Below are positions 1 through 9,499 of a stretch of 64,000 nt of DNA, piece by piece (the stretch's first letter is position 1; every line of letters begins with the position of its first letter). The translations under genes and the position numbers were made by a program. Below the pieces are notes generated by a model. The model saw only the letters and a list, made by a program, of their open reading frames with translations, was not told the origin of the DNA and searched no databases. The DNA is from Myxococcales bacterium (GTDB lineage: Bacteria > Myxococcota_A > UBA9042 > JABWCM01 > BTVJ01), in NCBI GenBank assembly GCA_045863395.1, contig BTVJ01000014.1, positions 32,001 to 96,000 of the forward strand, read 5' to 3'.

Positions 1-52
1 GCGGACCAGACAGCCCCCTGAGCCGGACAACCCTGACACCCGAGAGGACACC

Positions 53-1048
53 ATGGCCTACCGTCCCCCGACCGAGCGCCGCTCCCAGAGCCCGTATGTG
101 CCCTTCGGCGACCGCCGTGACGCCGCCTTCTACGGCAAGGACATCCTCTCGGTGCGCCAGTTTGGCCGCCCGGACCTCGAGTATGTCTTCGGCGTGGCCC
201 ACGAGATGCGCGAGATGGTCGCGCGGGTCGGCTCCTTCGACCTGCTCAAGGGCAAGGTCCTCGCCAACCTCTTCTACGAGCCCTCCACCCGCACGTCGTC
301 GTCCTTCACGGCGGCCATGGAGCGCCTCGGCGGCAGCGTCATCCCCATCAACGAGGTGCGGTACTCCTCGGTGTCGAAGGGGGAATCCCTGCCGGACACG
401 GTGCGCACCCTGGAGTGCTACGCGGACGTCATCGTGCTCCGCCACCCCGAGACGGGCGCGGCGGCCCTGGCCGCGCAGTACGCGAAGAAGCCGATCATCA
501 ACGCGGGGGACGGGACGGGGGAGCACCCGACCCAGGCGCTGCTGGATCTGTTCACCATCCGGGAGGAGCTGGGCCGGGTCGACGGCCTGACCATCACGAT
601 GCTCGGCGACCTGAAGTACGGGCGCACGGTGCACTCGCTGGCGCGGCTCCTGTCCCAGTTCGACGTGCGGCTCCGCTACGTGGCGCCGGACCTCCTGGCC
701 ATGCCTCGCGAGGTCGTGGAGGAGGTCGCTGCCCGGGAGGTGATCCAGTCCGAGCACCGGGACCTGGACGGCGTGCTCGCCGACACGGACGTGCTGTACG
801 TCACCCGCGTCCAGAAGGAGCGCTTCGCCGACCAGGGCGAGTACGAGAGCGTGCGCGACGCCTACGTCATCGGGGCGGACACCCTGCGCGCGGCCAAGGA
901 TGAGATGATCGTCATGCACCCCTTCCCGCGGGTCAACGAGATCTCCATGGACGTGGACGACGACCCGCGCGCGGCCTACTTCCGGCAGATGGAGTACGGC
1001 CTCTACGTGCGCATGGCGCTCCTCGCGATGGTGCTGGGGAAGGCGTGA
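53..1048 (+). CDS. pyrB: Aspartate carbamoyltransferase catalytic subunit
   Basis: Motifs [41 protein letters not shown] and HPFPR; GAGG RBS upstream. Confidence 0.96.
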   Translation: MAYRPPTERRSQSPYVPFGDRRDAAFYGKDILSVRQFGRPDLEYVFGVAHEMREMVARVGSFDLLKGKVLANLFYEPSTRTSSSFTAAMERLGGSVIPINEVRYSSVSKGESLPDTVRTLECYADVIVLRHPETGAAALAAQYAKKPIINAGDGTGEHPTQALLDLFTIREELGRVDGLTITMLGDLKYGRTVHSLARLLSQFDVRLRYVAPDLLAMPREVVEEVAAREVIQSEHRDLDGVLADTDVLYVTRVQKERFADQGEYESVRDAYVIGADTLRAAKDEMIVMHPFPRVNEISMDVDDDPRAAYFRQMEYGLYVRMALLAMVLGKA

Positions 1049-2436
1049 TGGGCTTCTTCGACCGTCTGGAGGCGCGCGTCCGGCAGGTGGGGCTCCTATG
1101 CGTCGGCATCGACCCGCACCCGGGGGACGTGCTCGCGGTGGCCGGGCTCCGCGCCTGGTGCATGAGGCTCGTGGAGGCGACCGCGCCCGTCGCCGCGGCC
1201 TTCAAGCCCAACGCCGCCTTCTTCGAGGCCTATGGTGCCGACGGGGTCGCGGTGCTCCGCGAGGTCATCCGGGCGGTCCCGGACCAGATCCCGGTGATCC
1301 TGGACGTCAAGCGCGGCGACATCGCCTCCACGGCGGAGGCCTACGCCCAGGCAGCCTACGAGGCGCTCGGCGCGGACGCCGTCACCGTGAGCCCGTACCT
1401 GGGGCCCGACGCCGTGGAGCCCTTCGTGCGGGACCCTGAGCACGCCGCCTTCGTGCTGTGCCGCACCTCGAACCGCGGGGCCGCACCGGTCCAGGAGGCG
1501 ACCCTGGCTGGTGGGGAGCTGCTCTACGAGCACGTCGCCCGCTCGGCCGCGTCCTGGAGCCGCCACCCCAACGTGGGGTTGGTCGTTGGGGCGACGGAGG
1601 TCGACGCGCTGAGGCGGGTGCGGCAGGTGGCGCCCGGGGCGTGGATCCTGGCGCCGGGGGTCGGTGCGCAGGGCGGCGACCTCGGGAGGGCCCTGGACGC
1701 GGGGCTGCGGGACGACGGCCTTGGGATGCTGATCCCCGTGTCCCGGGCGCTGGGGCGCGCGGCGAACCCGCGGGCAGCCGCAGAGGCGCTGCGCGACGCC
1801 ATCGCCACGCACCGGGCCGTGCGCCCCGCGGAGCCGGCGGTGCCCGAGGCGCTGGCGCGGGGGCTCATCGACGCGGGGTGCGTGCGCTTCGGCGCCTTCA
1901 CCCTCAAGTCTGGCCTCGTCTCTCCCATGTACATCGATCTGCGGCGGCTGGCGGGCTTCCCAAGCCTCATGCGGCTGGTCGCCGACGCGTATGTCTCGCT
2001 GATGAGGCGGCTCTCGTTCGACTGCGTCGCAGCGCTCCCCTACGCGGCGCTCCCCATCGGCACGGCGGTGTGCCTCCATGGGGGGTGGCCCCTGATCTAC
2101 CCCCGACGGGAGGCCAAGGGCTACGGCACCGGCGCCGACGTGGAGGGGGTCTTCGAGGCGGGCCAGACGGCGGTGGTGCTCGACGACCTGGCGACGACCG
2201 GCCTGAGCAAGCTCCAGGCGGTCTCGCGGCTGGAGGAGGCGGGCCTGCGGGTGAGCGACATGGTGGTCCTCATCGATCGCGAATCTGGGGCGCGGGAGGC
2301 CTTGGCGAAGAGCGGCTTCACCATGCACGCGGTCCTGCGCTTCTCGGACCTGCTCACGTTCTGGGAGCAGCGGGGCCTCGTCGCCCCCGAGCAGGTGACG
2401 GCGGCGCGGGAGTTCATCGCGCGGACCAGCCTGTGA
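1045..2436 (+). CDS. pyrF: Bifunctional OMP decarboxylase (N-terminal) / orotate phosphoribosyltransferase (C-terminal)
   Basis: [27 protein letters not shown] and APGVGAQGG (ODCase) followed in frame by [19 protein letters not shown] and VLDDLATTG (OPRT). Start (GTG 1045 or ATG 1048) overlaps the pyrB stop. Confidence 0.93.
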   Translation: MMGFFDRLEARVRQVGLLCVGIDPHPGDVLAVAGLRAWCMRLVEATAPVAAAFKPNAAFFEAYGADGVAVLREVIRAVPDQIPVILDVKRGDIASTAEAYAQAAYEALGADAVTVSPYLGPDAVEPFVRDPEHAAFVLCRTSNRGAAPVQEATLAGGELLYEHVARSAASWSRHPNVGLVVGATEVDALRRVRQVAPGAWILAPGVGAQGGDLGRALDAGLRDDGLGMLIPVSRALGRAANPRAAAEALRDAIATHRAVRPAEPAVPEALARGLIDAGCVRFGAFTLKSGLVSPMYIDLRRLAGFPSLMRLVADAYVSLMRRLSFDCVAALPYAALPIGTAVCLHGGWPLIYPRREAKGYGTGADVEGVFEAGQTAVVLDDLATTGLSKLQAVSRLEEAGLRVSDMVVLIDRESGAREALAKSGFTMHAVLRFSDLLTFWEQRGLVAPEQVTAAREFIARTSL

Positions 2437-3452
2437 GCACGCTCGCCTGGCGCGCCGCGCGGGCCGCCCTGTTCCGCCTCGACCCCGAGCGCGCCCACGG
2501 GCTGACGCTGCGGGCCCTGCGCCTCGCCGGCGCTCTGGGGTCAGGCCGCGCCGTGCTGGGTGCGCTCTTCAGCGGACCTGGCCGGCCCGTCAGCGCCTTT
2601 GGGCTCACCTTCCCCAACGCGGTCGGCGTCGCCGCAGGCTACGACAAGGACGCCCTCGCGCTGCACGGCCTCGCCGCCATGGGCTTCGGCCACGTGGAGG
2701 TGGGGACGGTCACTCCCCGAGCGCAGCCGGGCAACCCGCGCCCCCGGCTCTTCCGCCTGCCAGAGGACCGCGCGGTCGTGAACCGCCTGGGCTTCCCGGG
2801 GGAGGGCGCTGGCGTCGTGGCGGCGCGCCTGCGCCACCCGCCCGCAGGGGTGGTCGTCGGCGTGAACATCGGCAAGCAGAAGGACACGCCCCTGGAGGCC
2901 GCAGCCGAGGACTATGCGGGGCTCGTGACGGCGCTCGGCCCCCTCGCCGGCTACCTGGCCGTCAACGTCAGCTCCCCGAACACGGTGGGCCTGCGGCGCC
3001 TCCAGGCCCGCGACGCCCTCGAGGAGCTGCTGCGCGCCGTAGGGGGCGCGCGGGATGCCCTGCCGCGGCGGGTGCCCGTGCTCGTCAAGCTGGCGCCGGA
3101 CCTGACGGACGCGGAGCTGGACGACGCGCTCGGCGCAGTGGAAGGGGCCGGCATGGACGGGGTGATCGCCACCAACACGACGCTGTCCCGCGAGGGGCTA
3201 CGTGGGGCGGCCCGGGGTGAGGCGGGCGGCCTCTCGGGGGCGCCGCTCCGGGCCAGGTCCGCGGCGGTGCTCGCTGCCATCGTTCGCCGCACCTCGCTGC
3301 CCGTCATCTCTGCCGGGGGCATCGACTCTCCAGACGAGGCGTGTCGCCGCCTCGACGCCGGCGCCCGCCTGGTCCAGCTCTACACCGGCCTCATCTACGA
3401 GGGTCCGGGCCTGCTCCGCCGCACGTTGAGGGCCATCGCCTCACGCCGCTGA
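2433..3452 (+). CDS. pyrD: Quinone-dependent (class 2) dihydroorotate dehydrogenase
   Basis: DPERAH, GVAAGYDK, EVGTVTP, NRLGF, NVSSPNT, KLAPD, ATNTT, GGLSG and QLYTG; GTG start overlaps the upstream TGA (GTGA). Confidence 0.95.
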   Translation: MSTLAWRAARAALFRLDPERAHGLTLRALRLAGALGSGRAVLGALFSGPGRPVSAFGLTFPNAVGVAAGYDKDALALHGLAAMGFGHVEVGTVTPRAQPGNPRPRLFRLPEDRAVVNRLGFPGEGAGVVAARLRHPPAGVVVGVNIGKQKDTPLEAAAEDYAGLVTALGPLAGYLAVNVSSPNTVGLRRLQARDALEELLRAVGGARDALPRRVPVLVKLAPDLTDAELDDALGAVEGAGMDGVIATNTTLSREGLRGAARGEAGGLSGAPLRARSAAVLAAIVRRTSLPVISAGGIDSPDEACRRLDAGARLVQLYTGLIYEGPGLLRRTLRAIASRR

Positions 3453-3496
3453 GCGGCGCCCGCAGGATCACGCGCTGAGAGTGTGGCCGCTCCCCG

Positions 3497-6400
3497 TTGT
3501 TGCGTTGCACGCCCGGCGCCGGTCCCCGTTGCATCGGAGATGTCAGCGTAGCGGAGCTCCACGGTTGGCTGCTCGAGTGCGTAGTGCCACCGGAGGCCGG
3601 ATCATGGCACCGCGACTTTACCGGGGTGGCTGCAGGCGATGCCCTGATCCCGCCTCCGTTGACTGTGGAGGGCGACGGCTCCATCACGACGGTCGACGAG
3701 CTCGTGGCGCGGGTTCGGAATGACGAGCAGTCCAAACGCATAGCGGTGCAAGGGTCCGCGAAGTCCGGCCGCACGACCCTGGTGTCTTGCTTGGTGGCTG
3801 TCGGCTTTCTGGAGTCCACCTGGGGCGGCTCACTGAGCCCCGGGGACGAGGACATGGCGCGGCTCTGGGCGGCCATCGGGACAGCGAGTGCGGGGCTCCC
3901 GCGGCACCGGCTGGGGAGCCCTGAGGCCATCGCCGTGGCGCGGTGGTGGCCAGCGCTCGGTGTTACGGTCGAGCGCCTCGCCTCGTGGCTGGCGGCGCTT
4001 CCGCCGATGCAGGCAGTCGATGGTGGGCGCGTTCTTGTCGCGTTCATGGCCGCCACGTCTCGCGAGTCCGCAATCGACCAGACCACCACGATGCTCGCAC
4101 CGAGTCGCGATGGGGCACGCGCCGAGCTCACGGGGTTGTGGGCCGCTGCGGTGTGTGGGGTGGCATCGACGCCCATGAACCACCTGGGTGTCCAGCTCAG
4201 TCGCGAGCTGGTGAGCTCCTTTCCGGTGGCATCCGGGCGCCTTGCGGCCCTGTTGCCTCCGCTCGACGCTGTCGAGCCGTATCAGGATCTGCGTGGCCAC
4301 CTGCCACCAGGGGTCGCGACGGTGCTCGACGCTTGGGAGCCGATCCTGGAAGCTGACCTCGGTGGCGAGAGCATGTCGTTCTACTACAGGACCCTGGGCT
4401 GCTGGACCCCAGGTGCAACGAAGGACACGCTTGTGGGGGTGCTGTGTCCGGTCCAAGTGTTCCCGCGAGAGATGGAGCGCTGGGTGGTTGGTGGGCGACG
4501 CCCTCAGCACAGTCCCCAGTGGGGACCTGAGGACTTCGAGGCGCTTGAGGACGCGGCCTGTGCCGGGGACTCCGCCTTGGCGGCGCTGCTCGCGGGGCAC
4601 GACGTTCCAGCCGTCGCAAGGGCTGAGCCCCTGTACACACTCGATCCTGAGGATGACGACGAACCGGCCGCCATCGAGGGAGGGCATGTCAGGCCGAGCG
4701 TCTCTGATCATCCGTGGTCGTCTCTCCCGGCGGGGCTCAGACTTCGGTGGCTCGGGAGAGGACTCGCCCGCGGAACGTCGGCGCCGTGGGGTCTCCTCAA
4801 GGCCGTCTCTCTCACCCTGCGCGGTCCCATCGACATGGACGCCCTCAAGAGGGCGTGTGAGGCCGTTGGACCGCAATCAGTCGAGGAGCGGTTCATCCGC
4901 GCGCTGGACACCAGGCGACTTGGCTCAGGTGGCTGGCCGTTTGAGCCGCAGGTCGTCGTCGAGCTGGCGCGCCGCATCGAGCTGCGGGCGCTCCTCCGCC
5001 ATCTGGAGGCCTACGCCGTCGAGGTGCTCGCAAGCTACCCTGTGCGGCGAGTGCCGGGCGGGTACGAGCGGATCCCGTGCTGGGTCCTTGGCGCGGAGTG
5101 GAGGGCGAAGCCCGCCGATGTGCCGGTGGGTCTCTGGGATCTGCTCGTGGCCCTCGACGGGCTCGGCCAGCGCGCGGCCGAGCTGCTGCACGCGATGGGC
5201 GACGAGGAGCCCCTGCGGGCCCGGGCCGCCACGACAGGCCGCTTGGTGGCAACCGCGGAGCTCGAGGACCGCGTGAAGCTGGCGGATGACCTGTGGTTCG
5301 GGGAGACTTGGGACCCGGCGGAGCTGTTGCGGGTACCGCTGTCCGACGAAGCGGCCCTCGCTCAGTTTGCCCGCTGGCGTACGTCCATCCACGCCTACGA
5401 GGGGCCCCATGAGTGGTCGTCGCTCGTCGATGACGCCGGCAAGCGTGCGGCCTGGCTTCGCGAAGTGCTCCGATACAGCCAGGGCTCCGCGCGGCGGCAA
5501 GGGTTGCCCCTCCACCTGCCCGCAGATGCCGCCGCGCTCGACTGCTCCGAGGGCCTGACGCGCCGCGCGCTCCTGCTCTGGGTGGCGCTCCACGAGGTCG
5601 GGGCCCGGGACCTGACGCCCGAGGTCCGCGCATGGATCCACGAGCTGCCACACGGGCGGTCGGTGTGGAGGGCCTCTCGGGCCCTCGATGAGGTCTCCGC
5701 GGAGCGTGCCGACGAAGCGCTCCGTGCGCTCGCCATGCGCCGGGACAGGCCAGGTGTGGTCACTGCCATCGAGTCTCGGCTCGTCGCCCACGCGGCGGAC
5801 GGGGAGGGGATTCGGACCGCGCAGCGATGGGTCGCGGACCTCGACCGAGTCTGGCGCGAGGAGCCGGCAGTGGCTGGCGCGGCGCAAGGAGGTGGGGGCT
5901 GCGGAGCGCGTCGCTGCGGTCTGGCTCTCGGTGGACGACCCGTTCCTGGGCCCAGCGGAGTTCGGCTATCGTGACGGCCTCGTGTACGGCGGCAGGGCGA
6001 CGCGGCTCCGCCTCCTGTCGGAGCACCCTGCCACGGGCGGTGCCACCGTCGCCGAGGCCAGGTTGGAGCGGTGGTGGGCCACGGCGCCCGCCGAGTGGAG
6101 TGACGAAGGGCTGGAGCGGCCCACGTGGCTCTCCCATATCAGACCGTTCGAGCAGGATCGCGCGAGCCTGATGGGAGTATCGCCCCGCGACTGGATCGTA
6201 CAGACGGCCCTCCGCATGGGCGCCCGCTCACTGGTGCTCGAGTGGGGGCGCGTCGCCGCTGCGCGACCCGACGGCCATGAGGCGTGGCCACGATCCTTGC
6301 GTGACGCGTGGGTGGCGGAGGCGCCCATCACCGAGGTAGCGGAGGTCGCTGCCCGCGCCGAGAAGGGCCTCGCCTGGCTCGGGGCAATGGAGCGACTTCA

Positions 6401-6683
6401 CCGCGATGCACCGGCGACGTTGGTCCGGCTCGTCGAGATGGGCTTCCGCGAAGATCCCCACCTCCTCGAATGGGCGCTGGATCTGGAGCCCGAGTCGGTC
6501 GTGTCGCACTTTATGGAGCTCATCGAGGAGCAGCCCCAACGGCGGGTAGCGCTCCTTCGGATGATGACGCGCCTGGCAAGACCGCTCCGATTCTACGGCT
6601 CAGACGTCTCGGTCCTGATCCTCGATCTGGTCGCGCGTGCCATGACCCGCGCCTCGGGGGACGCGCCGCCCGCCGACCCTTGA
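3497..6683 (+). pseudogene. Large hypothetical protein with a divergent NACHT/STAND-like P-loop, split by an apparent frameshift near 5860-5875
   Basis: ORF 3497-5974 has RIAVQGSAKSGRTTL near its N-terminus. Protein-like sequence continues in the overlapping frame 5688-6683 from RQWLARRKE. More T/A-ending codons than the pyr genes. Confidence 0.45.
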
Positions 6684-6829
6684 GCAAGGTTTGGCGATGC
6701 CTGTCTCGCGGCTCTTGGAGAGGCGCCTGAATCGATTCCTCGCACGGAGTCCCCCGGGTCGGGCTCCGCACCGGCGGTCGACTCTCCGCCACACTCCCTG
6801 CCGCCGTCCCGGCGTGGCGCCGACGCTCA

Positions 6830-7107
6830 TACGGTGCGCCCTCCGCGCGTGAGGCTCCGGCGGGTTGCAGGTCCACGATACTCCCGGCGACGCGCTTCTC
6901 CAGGCGAACGTCTCCATGTACCAGCGTGGGAGCGGTGCCATCCCGCTAGCCCGAGAGGCTCCACTCGGGGGCGGGATGCAGGGCGTCGAGGACGGTCGAC
7001 TTGCCCGCGCCGTTCGTCCCTGCGAGCGCCGTCGCCGCCGGGTGCGGCTCGAAGGTGTAGTCCTCGAAGCATCTGAGGATCGGTGGATGGATCTGCCCGA
7101 ACCTCAT
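6830..7107 (-). pseudogene. Relic 5' end of an AAA_21/AAA_15 (PtuA/OLD-like) ATPase
   Basis: MRFGQIHPPILRCFEDYTFEPHPAATALAGTNGAGKSTVLDAL (Walker A), in-frame TAG at 6946-6948, then RDGTAPTLVHGDVRLEKRVAGSIVDLQP; the rest of the gene is missing. Confidence 0.6.
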
Positions 7108-7212
7108 CCCGCACGCTCCTCCGCCGCCTGTCCACTGCTCGCCACCGACACGTCGCGGCAGAGGCACTCTGACCGCGCACCATCGGGGCGACCTTGGCGA
7201 AGGTGGCGACTT

Positions 7213-7599
7213 CTACCAGATGCGGCGGACTCCGAAGCCGTCGAGGGCCGGGTCGCAGCTCACGATGGGGAGGACCTCCGCCTGGGCCTGCGCCGCGAGC
7301 ATCCGATCAAAGGGGTCGCGGTGCGCGCCGGGGAGCAGCCCGGCGCGGCGACCGTGCTCCACCGTGATCTCCAGCTCGCGAAAGCCCTGGTCGCGCAGGA
7401 TGTCTCCGAGTCTCTCGGCCACGTCCACGGCACCGGGCAGCTTCCCGAGTCGGACCTTCGTGCTGATCTCCCATGCGGATGCGGCGCTCACCAGGACCTC
7501 GTTGTGTTCGTCGTCGATCAGCGCGCGGGCGTGGATCGAGAGGCGCTCGTCGCCAGCGAGCCACCACAGGAGGGCGTGGGTGTCGAGGAGGAAGCGCAT
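7213..7599 (-). CDS. vapC: VapC PIN-domain toxin
   Basis: MRFLLDTHALLWW...SAASAWEI...HRDPFDRMLAAQA; ATG overlaps the antitoxin stop (TGATG). Confidence 0.93.
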   Translation of the reverse strand: MRFLLDTHALLWWLAGDERLSIHARALIDDEHNEVLVSAASAWEISTKVRLGKLPGAVDVAERLGDILRDQGFRELEITVEHGRRAGLLPGAHRDPFDRMLAAQAQAEVLPIVSCDPALDGFGVRRIW

Positions 7600-7832
7600 C
7601 AGGACTCCCACGCGGCCAGCTCCTCGTCGGGGAGTGGCTCGAAGAACACGTCGTCGACCACGATCATCCCCTTCAGGGCGCCGAACCGCCTGCCCGTCGG
7701 GAGCGGGTCGATGGGGACGAGGCGGGCTACGGGCGTGCCATCCCGGGCTATGACGACCTCCTCCCCGGCACGGGCCCGCTCGATGAGGCGCGAGAGGTGG
7801 GTCTTGGCTGCGTGGATGTTCACGGGCTTCAT
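7599..7832 (-). CDS. Phd/YefM-family antitoxin
   Basis: MKPVNIHAAKTHLSRLIERARAGEEVVIARDGTPVARLVP; AGGAGG RBS; coupled to the PIN toxin. Confidence 0.92.
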   Translation of the reverse strand: MKPVNIHAAKTHLSRLIERARAGEEVVIARDGTPVARLVPIDPLPTGRRFGALKGMIVVDDVFFEPLPDEELAAWES

Positions 7833-8025
7833 GGCGGTCCTCCTGACCAACCCAAGTTAGCTAATGGGGTTCAGGCGCGTCAAGGGAACGCCCCCATGGT
7901 TCGGCAATGCCCCGGCGGCCCCATCGGTGCGCGCCCAGCCCCCCCCAACGATGTCGGGGCGCCGAGAGATTCTTGACCCGCTGTCGGCGGCGGTTTACTC
8001 GGAAGGGGCAGACCAGGAGGGTCCC

Positions 8026-9339
8026 ATGGGAACGCCGCGCAATATCCTGATCCTTGGCGCCGCCGGGCGCGACTTCCACAACTTCAACGTCGTCTTCCGG
8101 GGTGACCCGGGCGCCCGTGTCGTCGCCTTCACTGCGACGCAGATCCCCGACATCTCGGGACGGCGGTACCCAGCGGCGCTTGCAGGCCCCCTGTACCCGG
8201 ACGGAGTGCCCGTCGCCGCCGAGGAGCGCATGGAGGCGATCATCGCCGAGGAGGCGGTCGACGAGGTGGTCTTCGCCTACTCCGATGTGACGCACGAGCA
8301 CGTCATGCACCTGGCGTCCCGTGTGGTGGCGGCGGGGGCCTCCTTCCGGCTGCTCGGCGCCCGTGAGACCATGCTGCGGGCGTCCGTGCCGGTGGTGTCC
8401 GTGTGCGCCGTGCGCACGGGCGCCGGCAAGAGCCAGACGACGCGGAGGGTCGTCGAGGCGCTGCGGGCCAGGGGCAAGCGCGTGGTGGTCGTCCGTCACC
8501 CCATGCCCTACGGCGATCTGGCGGCTCAGCGGGTGCAGCGCTTCGCGGCCCTGGAGGACCTGGACACCCACCGCTGCACCATCGAGGAGCGCGAGGAGTA
8601 CGAGCCGCACATCGCCGCGGGCACCACGGTCTTTGCGGGCGTCGACTACGGCGCCATCCTGCGGGAGGCGGAAGCGGAGGCCGACGTCATCCTCTGGGAC
8701 GGCGGCAACAACGACCTGCCGTTCTTCCGGCCGGACGTGGAGGTGGTCGTCGTCGACCCGCACCGGCCGGGGCACGAGCTGCGCTACTTCCCCGGGGAGG
8801 CGAACCTGCGCCGCGCCGGCGTCGTCGTGATCAACAAGGTGGACACCGCGGAGCCCGACGCGCTCGAGATCGTCCGGCGCAACGTGGCCGCGGCTGCCCC
8901 CGGGGCCGTCGTCATCGAGGCGGACTCGCCGATCACGGTCAGCGATCCCGCGGCGCTGGACGGCAAGCGCGCCCTGGTCATCGAGGACGGCCCGACCCTC
9001 ACCCACGGGGAGATGACCTACGGCGCCGGCTTCCTCGCGGCACAGGCCCACGGGGCGACGGTGGTGGACCCGCGTCCCTACGCCGTCGCGCGCATCGCCG
9101 ACACGTACCGTGCGTACCCGAGGACCGGCCCGGTGCTGCCCGCCATGGGCTACGGCGAGCAGCAGGTGCGGGACCTGGAGGCCACGGTCCAGGCGACTCC
9201 CTGCGACGTCGTCGTGGTGGGCACGCCCATCGACCTCCGGCGCCTGGTCGACTTCGGCAAGCCCGCAGTGCGCGTCACCTACGAGCTCGCCGAGCGGGGG
9301 CTCACCCTGGCGGACGTGCTGCGGGAGCGGCTGCCGTGA
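8026..9339 (+). CDS. COG2403-family P-loop NTPase (cyclic 2,3-diphosphoglycerate synthetase-like / arginine synthetase ArcE-like)
   Basis: ILGAAGRDFHNFN, VRTGAGKSQ, RHPMPYG, TIEEREEYEPH, WDGGNND, EDGPTLTHG and PAMGY; GGAGG RBS. Confidence 0.85.
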   Translation: MGTPRNILILGAAGRDFHNFNVVFRGDPGARVVAFTATQIPDISGRRYPAALAGPLYPDGVPVAAEERMEAIIAEEAVDEVVFAYSDVTHEHVMHLASRVVAAGASFRLLGARETMLRASVPVVSVCAVRTGAGKSQTTRRVVEALRARGKRVVVVRHPMPYGDLAAQRVQRFAALEDLDTHRCTIEEREEYEPHIAAGTTVFAGVDYGAILREAEAEADVILWDGGNNDLPFFRPDVEVVVVDPHRPGHELRYFPGEANLRRAGVVVINKVDTAEPDALEIVRRNVAAAAPGAVVIEADSPITVSDPAALDGKRALVIEDGPTLTHGEMTYGAGFLAAQAHGATVVDPRPYAVARIADTYRAYPRTGPVLPAMGYGEQQVRDLEATVQATPCDVVVVGTPIDLRRLVDFGKPAVRVTYELAERGLTLADVLRERLP

Positions 9340-9499
9340 CGGCCCGCGGGGTCGGGACCTGGTCCTGGGGTGGCTCTTGAGTTACCCGCCGCGGCAGACC
9401 CCGCAACACGCGGGGCCGGCCGTCTGTCATCGGGCGTCCCGATTCGTTATGTTGAGCCAAGCACGCCGTCGCTCCCCCGCAAGCGCTCGAGGTGTCCGC

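Noticed and set aside
1458..2432. N-terminal 325-aa extension of PyrD in the ORF track
   Set aside because: It overlaps pyrF-E in another frame; the true start is GTG 2433.
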